Part shown: positions 1 to 10,670 of the stretch, piece by piece | Position numbering within the stretch: position 1 is the first letter of the stretch | How the letters are laid out: each line of letters opens with the position of its first letter | NCBI GenBank assembly: GCA_964408485.1 | Contig: CAYOZJ010000003.1 | Span: 1,290 to 65,289 of the forward strand | Reading direction: 5' to 3' | Source: an uncultured Gammaproteobacteria bacterium | Lineage (GTDB): Bacteria; Patescibacteriota; Microgenomatia; Levybacterales; UBA12049 | Length of the DNA: 64,000 nt | Notes under the pieces: model-generated | What the model was told of the DNA's origin: nothing | The model's input: the letters and a program-made list of their open reading frames with translations, nothing else | Database searches by the model: none | Program-made: the position numbers and the translations under genes

Positions 1-402
1 GCACCACAAATTAGTGACATAATTATGAAAAACGGTTTTAGAAGAAGCGTTGAGCTTTTAGGTCCTGTTTCTGAAAGAGAGAAAAGAATACTCTTGCAGA
101 AATCATGGGTTATGGTAAATCCTTCACTTCATGAAGGATGGGGAATTACCGTTATTGAAGCTAATTATTATGGTACTCCAACTGTTGCATTTAATGTACC
201 AGGTTTATCTGATGCAATAAAAGACAATGTTACAGGCTTTCTTTGCAAAAACAACAAAGAGTTTGTTGAAAAAATCACACTACTAATGCAAAAAAAAATA
301 CTCAGAGAAAAGATGGGTAAAAAAGCTCAGGTATGGGCAAAGTTACTAACATGGGATAAGGCGTCCAAAAATAGCCTTTCATTGATGAAGCGCATTGACT
401 AA
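1..402 (+). CDS. Glycosyltransferase family 1 (GT4-type), C-terminal part; 5' end lies outside the window
   Basis: Reading frame is open from base 1. EGWGITVIEANYYGTPTVAFNVPGLSDAI is the classic GT1 C-terminal nucleotide-sugar-binding motif (E-x7-E region). Confidence 0.7.
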   Translation, partial: APQISDIIMKNGFRRSVELLGPVSEREKRILLQKSWVMVNPSLHEGWGITVIEANYYGTPTVAFNVPGLSDAIKDNVTGFLCKNNKEFVEKITLLMQKKILREKMGKKAQVWAKLLTWDKASKNSLSLMKRID

Positions 403-455
403 AAATATATGAAAAATGATTCTATTTTATTTATGACTGTGCTATTATTCCACAT

Positions 456-1289
456 ATGAATATACACCCACTTGTATCTATTTCAATTTCTACGCTTAAT
501 TCCGGAAAAACGATTACAAAAACACTAGAATCTCTTAAAAAACAAACGTACCCAAAAATAGAAATACTTATCGGAGATGGTGGAAGTAATGATGATACAG
601 TGAAAATTGCCAAAAAATATAATGCTATCATTTGCTATGGAAAAGAGTTGGGTAGAGCACGGTACGTTGTGCTTCATAAGGCAAAAGGAAAATATGTTAT
701 GACACTTGATTCAGATCAATACATAGGAAAGACGCTTATAGAAAGAGCGGTTAGAAAAATGGAGAAAGGGAAATATGACGGGCTTATTATTCATGAGGAG
801 TCAACGGTTGGTAAGGAAGGAACATTTATTGAAAAACTTTTAGCATATGACAAATGGGTTGTTGTCTCGAGCCATGATTATAATCCTCTTTTTGGCGCAG
901 AAATTCCAAGAATGTATAAACGAAAAGATTTGCTTCATTTTAAATGGCCAAAGACTGTTTCCATTCTTGATGATGCAATACTTTATCAGAGTAACCTTTC
1001 AAAGCTGAAGAGAATTGGATCTCTGGAAGGAAATGGGTTAAAACACAAAGAAGTAGATAGCTTTAGAGTGTTTTTTAAAAAATTTATGAGGTACGGAAGA
1101 CTCTATAGTCATACATTAAAAGTTTCAAGACAAACAACTATTGCTCATAGTTTGCCCCGACGTGCCTATTTTCGACTGAGTGTCATGAGAAAACCAGAAG
1201 TTTTTTTTGGGGGATTATTTTTGTATGTACTAAAAGCAGTTGCAGTATCATGTGGTATAATTTCATATAAGATTTCCAAAGAAGAATAA
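456..1289 (+). CDS. Glycosyltransferase family 2
   Basis: N-terminal GT-A signature VSISISTLNSGKTITKTLESL...ILIGDGGSNDDT, i.e. a DxD-type motif with the Rossmann-like start. Confidence 0.65.
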   Translation: MNIHPLVSISISTLNSGKTITKTLESLKKQTYPKIEILIGDGGSNDDTVKIAKKYNAIICYGKELGRARYVVLHKAKGKYVMTLDSDQYIGKTLIERAVRKMEKGKYDGLIIHEESTVGKEGTFIEKLLAYDKWVVVSSHDYNPLFGAEIPRMYKRKDLLHFKWPKTVSILDDAILYQSNLSKLKRIGSLEGNGLKHKEVDSFRVFFKKFMRYGRLYSHTLKVSRQTTIAHSLPRRAYFRLSVMRKPEVFFGGLFLYVLKAVAVSCGIISYKISKEE

Positions 1290-1293
1290 ATGC

Positions 1294-1686
1294 ATGAGAA
1301 AATCACCATATAAAATACCTGTATCCCCGTTGTACGGAAAGAAAAACGGAATGTACGTTATGGATATAACAGGAGTTCCATTTAAATCTTCCTATACATG
1401 GATTGAAAAAATTTCTATGTCTCTTCCTCCAGGAGTAGTTGCGGGAAATCATAGTCATAAGCATTCAGAAGCATTTCTTGCAATGACACCTGGACTTATT
1501 TTGTATTGGATGGATAAGAAAAGAAAGGTTCATACAATGAACATGTTTCAAAATGAAAAACATTTTTTTATTATTCTGCCCTCAAATATTCCCCATGCAG
1601 TAAAGAATACGGCAAACCATAGTGGTATTATGGTTAAATTTGCTAACGAGCCACCAGGTATAATGAAACGATATACACTGATATGA
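1294..1686 (+). CDS. Cupin-fold sugar ketoisomerase, WxcM/FdtA-like (dTDP/NDP-4-keto-6-deoxyhexose 3,4-isomerase-like)
   Basis: About 130 aa. The [21 protein letters not shown] segment resembles the RGxHAHxxxxQ...G motif of FdtA/WxcM C-terminal cupins. It lies next to an NDP-sugar epimerase. Confidence 0.4.
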   Translation: MRKSPYKIPVSPLYGKKNGMYVMDITGVPFKSSYTWIEKISMSLPPGVVAGNHSHKHSEAFLAMTPGLILYWMDKKRKVHTMNMFQNEKHFFIILPSNIPHAVKNTANHSGIMVKFANEPPGIMKRYTLI

Positions 1687-2735
1687 TGAAGAAAGTTCTT
1701 ATTACAGGATCAGCAGGACTCATTGGGTCTGAATCGACAAAATTCTTTGCCCAAAAGGGATTTGAGATACATGGAGTAGACAATAATATGCGTGCATATT
1801 ATTTTGGGCAGGAAGCAAGTACCGACTGGTCGAGGAAATCACTTAAAAAATCTCTTAAAGATCAATATCAACATTATAATGTAGATATTCGAGATTATGC
1901 TGGACTTAAGAAAATATTTAAGAAGACAAAATTTGATCTTATTATCCATGCTGCAGCACAACCATCTCACGACTGGGCTGCAAAAGAACCACTTACAGAT
2001 TTTGGTGTAAATGCAACAGGGACACTCAATATGCTTGAGCATTATCGCAATTATTCGCCAAACGCTGTATTTATTTTTACGTCAACCAATAAAGTTTATG
2101 GTGATAGGCCAAATACTCTTCCTCTTATTGAGTTGGAGAAAAGATTCGAACTTCCTAAGAATCATATGTATTACAACGGAATAGATGAATCAATGAGTAT
2201 TGATAATTCCAAACATAGTATTTTTGGAGCATCGAAAGTTGCAGCAGATGTTATGGTGCAAGAGTATGGAAAATACTTTGGATTGCACACTGCAGTGTTT
2301 CGGGGAGGATGTCTTACGGGGCCTGCGCATAGTGGGACAAGGTTACACGGATTTTTAGCATACCTTATAAAGTGTATTGCCACAGAAACTCCATATACCA
2401 TTTTTGGCTATAAAGGAAAGCAGGTACGAGATAACATTCACTCTTATGACTTAGTAAATGCGTTTTATCACGTATATAAAAAACCAAGATCAGGTGAAGT
2501 ATATAACATGGGAGGATCGAGACATTCTAATACCTCAATGCTTGAAGCAATAGAAAAAGCTGAAAAAGTTTTAGGTAAGAAAGCAAAAGTAAAATACGTA
2601 AAGTCCAATAGAATTGGTGATCACATATGGTACATTTCAAATGTATCAAAGTTTACATCTCACTATCCTGACTGGAAATATACCTATGACAATGACGCAA
2701 TTATAAAAGAAATTGCAACCTCGGGACATTTTTAG
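1683..2735 (+). CDS. NAD-dependent epimerase/dehydratase (CDP-paratose/tyvelose 2-epimerase-like SDR)
   Basis: [11 protein letters not shown] Rossmann motif, catalytic YGASK (YxxxK), and [16 protein letters not shown], which is typical of extended SDR sugar epimerases. Confidence 0.65.
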   Translation: MMKKVLITGSAGLIGSESTKFFAQKGFEIHGVDNNMRAYYFGQEASTDWSRKSLKKSLKDQYQHYNVDIRDYAGLKKIFKKTKFDLIIHAAAQPSHDWAAKEPLTDFGVNATGTLNMLEHYRNYSPNAVFIFTSTNKVYGDRPNTLPLIELEKRFELPKNHMYYNGIDESMSIDNSKHSIFGASKVAADVMVQEYGKYFGLHTAVFRGGCLTGPAHSGTRLHGFLAYLIKCIATETPYTIFGYKGKQVRDNIHSYDLVNAFYHVYKKPRSGEVYNMGGSRHSNTSMLEAIEKAEKVLGKKAKVKYVKSNRIGDHIWYISNVSKFTSHYPDWKYTYDNDAIIKEIATSGHF

Positions 2736-2737
2736 GT

Positions 2738-4426
2738 ATGAAGAAGTATTTTTTTTCTCTTAATACTTTCCTTTTATTCTTAATTTTCTCTGCAATTTTG
2801 TATACTTTTTGGGATTTACCCAAGACATTTTTTCAACAAGATGAATGGCTAGGTTCAGGGCAAGTAATTGCATTGGGGTATGGTGCCATTATTAATGGAC
2901 TATCTCCTTTGCAGATAATTTTTGCAGACGCAAGACCCCTTACGAGACTCATTGGAGTAATTTTTACAAGTATATTCTCTTTTAATGCTGCGCCATATGC
3001 ATATTATGGAATTTTGTTACACATGATTAATACAATTCTCATTTTTTTAATTGCCAAAAAACTTCTTAAAAATATTGTGGCTGTATTTATGGGTACTGTC
3101 TTTTTTGCCCTTAATAGTGTTTCTCATCAGTCCATCACGTGGTTTGCAGCTTCGTTTGGAGTTCAGCCTGCTTCGATTTGCATTTTTTTATCTATCTATT
3201 TATTCCTTATATATATAGAAAAAAACAAAGCTAAATTTGCTTATGTCTCTCTTTTTTTTGCACTACTATCTCTCTATTTTAAGGAGAGTGGAGTATTTCT
3301 ATTTGCATTTTTACCAACTCTTCCATTTATCTTTGGAAAGAAAATTAACAAAAAAAAGTATATAAAAATTTTCTCACCCTTTATAATCTTTATTTTCCTT
3401 TTCGTTTTGTATCGTCTTATTGAAATGATCGTTCCGGTTCTTACTCCGAGAGATCTTTTTAATTCTCCTGTTTATGCTAGTCTTAGCCAAGGGAAGGTAT
3501 TCTTTATTCAATCGATGGTTTTTAGGCTTGTTATGTACCCTCTGACAAGTTTTTCACTTATGTTCGTTCCTGCATATACAGCACTTTTTGTAGCATATGA
3601 TTTTACAAATGTTTATTACCCGTATATTACTCAGCATGTTGATCTTATTGGAGAAACAGTTGTTTTAGATATGCTATCTATTATTGGATCGTTTGTACTT
3701 CTTCTATACATGGGAATAAAAATAAGATTTGAGAAAAAATCTAGACATGTACTTTTTTTTGTTATTTCATTATTCTTTTTGGCAGTTATGCCGTACATTA
3801 TCATTGGAAAATCATATGCGTATATGGAGCCAAGATATTACTATATTCCTTTGGCAGCGGGAGCAGTCCTTATTGGTTATATAGCCAAAGATGTCTTTGC
3901 CCTAAGCAAAAAATTTACTGTAATAAAATTACTTTTTGTTGCAATATTCATATATCTTATGTGTCTTCATGTAGGTGAAATAAAGCAAGATATTCATATG
4001 CAGGTAGTAACAGCATCAGAAAGAAAAGGATTTATCAAACAGCTCATCAATGAAGTACCAACCCTTAAAAATAACGTAAATGTATTCTATTTTAGTAGTG
4101 ATAGAAAATGGTGGAATGATAACAACACAGTTCCGTTTCAACACGGTTTTGGGTATTCTGTTCCGGTTTTGTATTACAATTCAGGTAAGATGCCAAAACA
4201 ATTTTTAATAAATGGTTACTTGTGGTCACTTGGAAGTGAGGGTTACAGAACAGTAGATGATCTGTCTTATGGGTACTATACATCCTTTGACCATCTCAAG
4301 GAAGCTAAAGATAAATACCAATTTAGTCCAAATAATGTTTATGCATTTTACTATGATTCTAAAACAATGAAATTATTAAATATAACAAAGCGGACACGTG
4401 AGGAGCTTCTTGATGAAATTAGATAA
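2738..4426 (+). CDS. Multi-TM membrane glycosyltransferase, GT-C fold (PMT_2/ArnT-like family, GT39/GT83-like)
   Basis: More than 10 predicted TM helices. The first extracytoplasmic loop has QQDEW (a DE motif) followed by ARPL (counterpart of the HPPL/KPPL motif of PMT/ArnT). Paralogous to the C-terminal half of the 25675..28755 protein. Confidence 0.5.
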   Translation: MKKYFFSLNTFLLFLIFSAILYTFWDLPKTFFQQDEWLGSGQVIALGYGAIINGLSPLQIIFADARPLTRLIGVIFTSIFSFNAAPYAYYGILLHMINTILIFLIAKKLLKNIVAVFMGTVFFALNSVSHQSITWFAASFGVQPASICIFLSIYLFLIYIEKNKAKFAYVSLFFALLSLYFKESGVFLFAFLPTLPFIFGKKINKKKYIKIFSPFIIFIFLFVLYRLIEMIVPVLTPRDLFNSPVYASLSQGKVFFIQSMVFRLVMYPLTSFSLMFVPAYTALFVAYDFTNVYYPYITQHVDLIGETVVLDMLSIIGSFVLLLYMGIKIRFEKKSRHVLFFVISLFFLAVMPYIIIGKSYAYMEPRYYYIPLAAGAVLIGYIAKDVFALSKKFTVIKLLFVAIFIYLMCLHVGEIKQDIHMQVVTASERKGFIKQLINEVPTLKNNVNVFYFSSDRKWWNDNNTVPFQHGFGYSVPVLYYNSGKMPKQFLINGYLWSLGSEGYRTVDDLSYGYYTSFDHLKEAKDKYQFSPNNVYAFYYDSKTMKLLNITKRTREELLDEIR

Positions 4427-5045
4427 CCTAATTGATTTCTTTACTAACGAATTTTACAAATTGATAGTTAAAAATTCTATTAATAATGCTACGTCAGTAC
4501 TTGATGTAGGTTGTGGATACAATTCAATATTAGGAAAGATTAAGGGTTCATTTCGATCAACAGGAATTGATCTTTTCAGAGAATGTGTAAGGGTTAGCAA
4601 GAAGGCCAAAATTCATAACAAGTATATAATTGGAGACATACGAAAACTGCAGAAATATTTCCCCAATAAAAGCTTTGATAGTGTTATTGCACTAGATGTT
4701 ATAGAGCACTTAACAAGAAAACAAGCAAAATCAATGATACTTCGAATGGAAAGAATTGCAAAAAAAAGAGTTATCATTATGACTCCGAATGGATTTTATC
4801 CACAAAAAATGTTGTTTGGAAATCCCCATCAAAAGCATAAGTCAGGGTGGTATATACATGACCTTAAAGAATTAGGCTACAAGGTGCATGGTCTCAGAGG
4901 AATAAAGTCTATTCGAGGTATTCATGCAATGATACGTTACAAGCCCTGGTTTTTCTGGGGATTTATTGCTTTTGTTTCGGAACCACTGCTCTATTTCTTT
5001 CCAAAATATGCATACCATCTATTTGCAGTGAAGGATATCAATTAG
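4398..5045 (+). CDS. Class I SAM-dependent methyltransferase
   Basis: Motif I LDVGCGYNSILGKI and the post-motif acidic residue; VIALDVIEHL matches motif II/III of the Methyltransf_11/23-like fold. Start could also be the downstream M at about 4413. Confidence 0.65.
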   Translation: MRSFLMKLDNLIDFFTNEFYKLIVKNSINNATSVLDVGCGYNSILGKIKGSFRSTGIDLFRECVRVSKKAKIHNKYIIGDIRKLQKYFPNKSFDSVIALDVIEHLTRKQAKSMILRMERIAKKRVIIMTPNGFYPQKMLFGNPHQKHKSGWYIHDLKELGYKVHGLRGIKSIRGIHAMIRYKPWFFWGFIAFVSEPLLYFFPKYAYHLFAVKDIN

Positions 5046-6297
5046 CTTTTTTCATTCTGGATAAAGCGTTTGTATAGGTATTTTCCCAAACATTATTTTT
5101 CGCGTACCTCCGACTATACTCTGTCATTTTTTTAATCTCTTCCGGGTGGTTAAATAATTGTATCATTGCTTTTGCGAGCGCTTCTTTATTGCTCTTTACA
5201 ATAATTGCTAATTTTTTTCCCGCGAGCTCTTTTCCTAAAGGAGGGACATCTGTTGCAATAATAGCTAAGCCTGATGCTGCATAAATTCTTAATTTTGTTG
5301 CATCGCCATAAAGGCGTATTGAGCCTTCAAATCTTTTATACGGAGCAAGACCTATCTGATAGTGAGAAATCATTTTAGATAGTTTGTTTAAATCCCATAT
5401 AGCGCCGTGAAAGATAACATTTTTTCCAAGATTATATTTTTTAATCATTTTTTGTAAGTATGTTGCTTCGAATCCTTGACCACCACCACCAATAATGTGA
5501 AGCGTTGCTGTGGGAATACTTCTTACAACGTCTCTAAATGCTTCTATGGCCGTGTCTGGTCCATTCTCAAGTCCTAATGTCCCAACAAATACAACAGAAT
5601 TTTTTTCTCTTTTCTCAAAGGGTAGATAGAACAGTTGATTTTTAAAAAGAGCATTTGGGACAAGAATAACTGGTGCACTCTTTTTTTGATCAAGTCCAAC
5701 AGCAAGTCTTGCTGGTTGCATTGCAGGAGAAACGTCCCAGATATAGTCACTGTGCATAGCTGCCATTCTGTCTAGCCACAAGTAGAAGTTATTAACGAGC
5801 GTATTGCCAAACCTCTTTGGAGAATAGTCTGAGACATAATACACAACACTCTTTACTTTCCCCATCTTTCTAAGAACAACGCCAGCGAGCGCATTTACAC
5901 TTTCTAAGCCAATAAAAAGATCAAATGCATCCTGTTGTTTAATTCCTGCTTCAATCACACTTAAAAAATCTCGAATTTTATGAGCAATACGAGTACCTGG
6001 TTTATTTGTTAAATAAAGAAAGGGAAGAAGGGGAAATACTAAAAAAATAGTTTTTTCAATTTTTTTCAACCTTTTACCTACATATTCCTCTATTGTTGGG
6101 AAAATTTTATCACTTCCTGGATATGGTTGATCTATAAGCCATACCTCTTTAAAATTTGGCAACATGTAAGAAAGCATTGGCTCTATCATGCCATTGGTAG
6201 AAGCGCGAATCCCTTTTTTCCAAGGAGAAAACGTTGCAATAAGCACAGAAGAATTGTTGTGAACGTTTTTATTTGACATAATTCTGTGCCCACTCAA
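5038..6297 (-). CDS. Glycosyltransferase, GT1/GT-B-like
   Basis: Minus-strand ORF of 419 aa. VVFVGTLG...IIGGG plus a C-terminal FEGSIRLYGDATKLRIYAASGLAIIATDVPP segment resembling the GT1 donor-binding region. It converges on and slightly overlaps the methyltransferase gene. Confidence 0.5.
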   Translation of the reverse strand: MSGHRIMSNKNVHNNSSVLIATFSPWKKGIRASTNGMIEPMLSYMLPNFKEVWLIDQPYPGSDKIFPTIEEYVGKRLKKIEKTIFLVFPLLPFLYLTNKPGTRIAHKIRDFLSVIEAGIKQQDAFDLFIGLESVNALAGVVLRKMGKVKSVVYYVSDYSPKRFGNTLVNNFYLWLDRMAAMHSDYIWDVSPAMQPARLAVGLDQKKSAPVILVPNALFKNQLFYLPFEKREKNSVVFVGTLGLENGPDTAIEAFRDVVRSIPTATLHIIGGGGQGFEATYLQKMIKKYNLGKNVIFHGAIWDLNKLSKMISHYQIGLAPYKRFEGSIRLYGDATKLRIYAASGLAIIATDVPPLGKELAGKKLAIIVKSNKEALAKAMIQLFNHPEEIKKMTEYSRRYAKNNVWENTYTNALSRMKKAN

Positions 6298-7225
6298 GCG
6301 TTTTTCTTATTCCTTCCTCAAGTGGAGTAGTTGGGATAAACTTGAGTAGTTTGTGGGCGAGTGTTATATCTGCTTCAACAAACTTTTGGTCACCTGATCT
6401 TTTTGGTTTAAAATGAATGGGATATTTTTTAACATCCTTTCCACACGCTTTTATTACTGTTTTTGCCAACTCAAGCATACCTGTCTGTCTGCCAAAACCA
6501 ATATTAAAAACATTTCCAAAACTTTTTTTATTTTCTATTGCATCAACCCACATGCTCGCAACATCACCAACATAGACAAAGTCCCGTGCTTGTTTTCCAT
6601 CACCGTAAATGGTAATTGGTTCGTTGCGCAGGACATTTCCCATAAAAATAGCAAGAACACCTTGATATGGATTAGTGAGTGATTGCCTTGGTCCATAGAC
6701 GTTAAACATGCGAAATGAGGTTACGTTAAGAGGATTGGTTAGATCTACTCTATTTGCTGTTGTGTGAATAAATCTCTCTGCAGCGTATTTCGCAATCCCA
6801 TAATAATTAATTGGTACACATGCATCCTCTTCTAGAATGGGAAGACGCGCTGGGTTTCCATAGACAGTCATTGACGATGCATAAAGAAATCTATTTGTAT
6901 TATGTTTTACCGCGCCCATAATCATATTGACACTACCTATAAAGTTTGTTTCAAAATCTAACTCAGGATTGGTAAATGAGTTAACAATAGAAGGTTGGCC
7001 GGCAATATGAAGAATTATATCAAAAGAAGTTTTTGATAAAAGCTTTTCAACGTGACTTTTTTTAGAAACATCACCGTTAACAAATGCTGCCTGCTTATGA
7101 ATATATTCTTTTTTACCTGACGCGAGGTTATCAAATACCGTAACGGAATAGTTCTTTTCTATGAGTGAATCAACAACATGACTTCCAATAAATCCTGCCC
7201 CTCCGGTTACTAATACGCGTTTCAT
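6269..7225 (-). CDS. NAD-dependent epimerase/dehydratase (UDP-glucose 4-epimerase/UDP-xylose synthase family)
   Basis: VLVTGGAGFIGSHVV Rossmann motif, YGIAKYAAE (YxxxK), and a 318-aa extended SDR length. Confidence 0.7.
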   Translation of the reverse strand: MKRVLVTGGAGFIGSHVVDSLIEKNYSVTVFDNLASGKKEYIHKQAAFVNGDVSKKSHVEKLLSKTSFDIILHIAGQPSIVNSFTNPELDFETNFIGSVNMIMGAVKHNTNRFLYASSMTVYGNPARLPILEEDACVPINYYGIAKYAAERFIHTTANRVDLTNPLNVTSFRMFNVYGPRQSLTNPYQGVLAIFMGNVLRNEPITIYGDGKQARDFVYVGDVASMWVDAIENKKSFGNVFNIGFGRQTGMLELAKTVIKACGKDVKKYPIHFKPKRSGDQKFVEADITLAHKLLKFIPTTPLEEGIRKTLEWAQNYVK

Positions 7226-7288
7226 ATATGTGATGAGATCACTACTGTATCATATTACCTTTTTTGCTACAATACAAAAGTTGTCTCA

Positions 7289-9604
7289 ATGAAAACAATT
7301 TTGTCTTTTCTCCAAAATCATCAAGGATTTTTTATAAATCTTATTACAATCGTTATTTTCTTTGCGCTTCCGTATTGGATATTTGAAGGAAAGTTGTTTG
7401 TTGGAGGTGATGATACAAGATTAATCTATGCATACCCTTGGGAATATCTTCGATCCATGTCTTTTTTCTCTTGGATAAATCTTTCATCTGTTGGATATTT
7501 TGCGCCTAATCACTTTTCTTATCCATTCGCTCTAATATGGACAGCACTATTTCTGATAATAAAATCACGAGTTGTTATTGATTATCTATCTTTTTCACTG
7601 CCTATCATTTTAGGGTTCATTTACTTTAAAAAACTTATAAAGGAATTTTTGCCACGGTCAACCTATGTCGAGCAGTACATAAGTACAATTTTTTATCTCC
7701 TTTCTCCTATCCTTGCGATTAATCAATTAGCTGTTTTTCTTATGTCAGCATGGCTTGTTGGATTATTTCCATTCGTGACGTACCACTATATTTGTTATGT
7801 AAAGACAGCCAAAACTCGTTATGTTGTTATTTCCGTTATGGTGTGTATTTTTCTTTCCTTAGCGTTTTATAGCATTCCTTGGCTTGCCGGGTTACTGCTT
7901 CCCGTTGTGTTGGGACTTCCTGTGGGGTTGCTGCTTTTTAAGAAATATTCGTTTAAAACCTTTTTCATTAGATCAATAATTTTTTTTGGATTCATTTTTT
8001 TATCACAATCCTTTTGGACTATTCCGTTTGTAATGCAATTTCTTGTAAAGGGAAATGGCCTTGGGGATTTAATTAGTGACAGAGCCAGTACATTTCGCGC
8101 TACGGTTGTGCAGACGTCAACGGGTAACATTATTTATCCGCTCCTTAACCTTTTTCACCGAGATCTAACCTTTACTCATGAATGGGATTTACGTAAAATT
8201 TTTCTTTCATTTTATGATAAAACATTTTTCTTTAATACAATCTTTATTGCTGTTATTTTTGCTGGGCTTTTTAATTGGGAAAAAAAACTTACCGAATTAG
8301 AAGGGAAGATGTATCTTCTTGTCCTTTCTATATTTTTGATATCACTTTTTTTCTACACAGTTAATATAGGACCACTCAAGGAGGTTTTCTTATTTCTTGG
8401 ATATTTGCCAGGATTCTCGATGTTTCGAAATGCATTCGACAAATTTGCTTTAGGATTTGTTTTTCTGTATGGAATTTTCTTTTCCTTTTCTATTGTTATT
8501 GTTTTAAGAAAATTTTCAAAGTATCGCACTGTAATTCTTTTATGCGTGCTTTTGGTAATTGTTGTGAATGCTTTTCCTTTAAAAAGAACAATTAATAGTC
8601 CTTTGTGGACAACAAACCGTACATACAGAGCAATTACATTCCCACAAGAATATTTTCAATTCCTCTCATTAGTAAAAAATACAACAGATCCTACATCTAA
8701 TATTCTTAATTTCCCCCTTAATATCGCAGGATATGCAATCGTTAAAGACGATACAACAAATAATGTTTTTGCCGGAACGTCTCCAACAAAATTCTTTACG
8801 GGTATTAATGATTATTCTGGAGATCTATCGTTTTCTCGGAGTGAGTCAGATAGAATGTGGAAGTATATAGATAACAGAGATTATGAAGGCCTTCGAAATT
8901 TTTACTACACATATAATGTTGGCGCAGTATTGGTAACAAAAAATATACCTCAAGAAGTGAAGAGATCTTATTTGTTTTTTGGTGGCAGTAAGCTACATAA
9001 TCAGGATAGAGTTTTTCTTGATGAGATTACGGATAAAAAACTTCTTACCAGCTCTCAAGGGAATTATGAGTTGTATTCGATTAAGAAGCCTAATATTGCA
9101 ATTTCTATGCGCCAGGGACTCTTTCAGAAAGTTAGCCCTGTAAAATACCAAGCCTATATGCATCTAACTTCTCCAGATGAGTTGTCATTTATTGATTCCT
9201 ACCATAATGGTTGGAGATTATATCTTGAAAAATATCATAATCCCACAAACTGTATACAGCATATTGTTAAAACCATGAATAATGTTTCTGAATGTAAATC
9301 TGCAGATTTGTTGTTTCAGTGGAATGACTTGTCCTACCTTTTTAGACCGTCACTTGCACAGACCACGCATGGGTTTTCAACAAAATATAATAATACCTGG
9401 AAAGTAGATCCTACAGTTATCCAAAATCAGTACAACCCATCTTTTTTTAAGAAAAATCCTGATGGATCAATAGATGTATTAATTTCTATTTATTTTATTC
9501 CTCAAGAAGCATTTTACGCAGGAATGCTTATTACTGCAATTGTTTTGTTAGGGATGATTCCATGTCTTTTATTTGTATCAAAAAAATATGCAAAGAAAAA
9601 ATAA
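7289..9604 (+). CDS. Large multi-TM membrane protein, YfhO-like GT-C glycosyltransferase candidate
   Basis: 771 aa. The N-terminal two thirds are polytopic (more than 12 TM) and the loop after TM1 has GGDDTRLIYAYPWEY (acidic D-D motif). A C-terminal extracytoplasmic domain of about 250 aa follows. Same architecture as 10654..13344 and 19339..21374. Confidence 0.45.
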   Translation: MKTILSFLQNHQGFFINLITIVIFFALPYWIFEGKLFVGGDDTRLIYAYPWEYLRSMSFFSWINLSSVGYFAPNHFSYPFALIWTALFLIIKSRVVIDYLSFSLPIILGFIYFKKLIKEFLPRSTYVEQYISTIFYLLSPILAINQLAVFLMSAWLVGLFPFVTYHYICYVKTAKTRYVVISVMVCIFLSLAFYSIPWLAGLLLPVVLGLPVGLLLFKKYSFKTFFIRSIIFFGFIFLSQSFWTIPFVMQFLVKGNGLGDLISDRASTFRATVVQTSTGNIIYPLLNLFHRDLTFTHEWDLRKIFLSFYDKTFFFNTIFIAVIFAGLFNWEKKLTELEGKMYLLVLSIFLISLFFYTVNIGPLKEVFLFLGYLPGFSMFRNAFDKFALGFVFLYGIFFSFSIVIVLRKFSKYRTVILLCVLLVIVVNAFPLKRTINSPLWTTNRTYRAITFPQEYFQFLSLVKNTTDPTSNILNFPLNIAGYAIVKDDTTNNVFAGTSPTKFFTGINDYSGDLSFSRSESDRMWKYIDNRDYEGLRNFYYTYNVGAVLVTKNIPQEVKRSYLFFGGSKLHNQDRVFLDEITDKKLLTSSQGNYELYSIKKPNIAISMRQGLFQKVSPVKYQAYMHLTSPDELSFIDSYHNGWRLYLEKYHNPTNCIQHIVKTMNNVSECKSADLLFQWNDLSYLFRPSLAQTTHGFSTKYNNTWKVDPTVIQNQYNPSFFKKNPDGSIDVLISIYFIPQEAFYAGMLITAIVLLGMIPCLLFVSKKYAKKK

Positions 9605-10670
9605 CACATACAAATCATTTTTCATGATAATCCTCATTTGGATTATTATGCCCATAGCTCTATTTTCTATCTGGCTGATAGGTTCATTGTTTTCTAATCC
9701 ATTAGGAGGGTTTACGACATTACTATACCCTCATAGTAATAAAGAATATACAGCGTTACCTAAAGATAACCTCCTGCTTAAGAACACGAAAGTTACTGGG
9801 CAATTTACATCGCAAGAGAATAACCTGGGTATTATTACATTGCGGGTTGGGAGAAGTCTATCTACGCAGCAAGATGAACCATTGTTCCTAAAATTTCATA
9901 TAAAAGAAAAACAAGCCAAAAACTGGTATTACGAAAATGTGTATAACGTTGGTTCTTTAAGAGAGGATAATGTCATTGTTTTTGGATTTCCTAAAATTTC
10001 CGATTCTAGAGGTAAAATTTATGAATTCGAATTAGTATCACTGAATGGCAATATGACAAATGCCATAGCAATTACCAAAGGATATGACTCTTTTGTTACA
10101 AGATACATTTATTCAAGAAAAGAAATATCAGAGAAGAAAATGTATATGGCCATGCCTTACAAAAAAATCTTATCAATTATTTCCTACCCGCAAGTGTTAC
10201 TGTCAAGTCTGATTTTTATGTTACCTTTGGTGTTTTATTTTCTTTTTGTGTCGTTGTATCTATCTCGAAATATCGCCCTTTTCTTTTCAAAACATGTAGA
10301 AAAAAGAATTAACAGTAATGTAGCAAGTGCCATAATGACTAATTCCTTCATTCAAAATTATTTAAAAAAGAGCTTTTTAGGGTCCTTCACTATTACTCTT
10401 ATTGTTGCCGATATTTTCCTCATACAATCAATTTATTATGGTATCGCGTTGGGTTTGCTGGGATTTTGGATAGTTGCGGTGGTAAAAGATGCGTTGTCGC
10501 CAAGAATTTCTTTGGCATTTTCTCTCGTGTGGCTATTGCTTTCTGAGGTGTTTATTTTGTATGGCTTAATTCCTCAGGAGAATAAAAGTGCGATGTGGGC
10601 ATATTTTTTTCTTGTCACTGCAGTAGTACAAATACTTTGGAAAGAAGCAGCTAATGATAACAAAGCATAG
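9573..10670 (+). CDS. Membrane protein with N-terminal anchored extracytoplasmic domain (paralogous to N-terminus of the next gene)
   Basis: Signal-anchor TM, then an approximately 150-aa domain with NPLGGFTTLLYPHS...FTSQENNLGIITL...VFGFPKISDSRGKIYEFEL motifs repeated almost verbatim at the start of 10654..13344. Four to five TM helices follow. Confidence 0.5.
   Translation: MYQKNMQRKNNTYKSFFMIILIWIIMPIALFSIWLIGSLFSNPLGGFTTLLYPHSNKEYTALPKDNLLLKNTKVTGQFTSQENNLGIITLRVGRSLSTQQDEPLFLKFHIKEKQAKNWYYENVYNVGSLREDNVIVFGFPKISDSRGKIYEFELVSLNGNMTNAIAITKGYDSFVTRYIYSRKEISEKKMYMAMPYKKILSIISYPQVLLSSLIFMLPLVFYFLFVSLYLSRNIALFFSKHVEKRINSNVASAIMTNSFIQNYLKKSFLGSFTITLIVADIFLIQSIYYGIALGLLGFWIVAVVKDALSPRISLAFSLVWLLLSEVFILYGLIPQENKSAMWAYFFLVTAVVQILWKEAANDNKA

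Noticed and set aside
431-631. Numerous 60-110-aa antisense ORFs across the window (for example 431..631, 1839..2042, 11428..11732, 27003..28277)
   Set aside because: All are embedded antisense in long, motif-supported genes and have low-complexity or highly hydrophobic translations. They were treated as non-coding.
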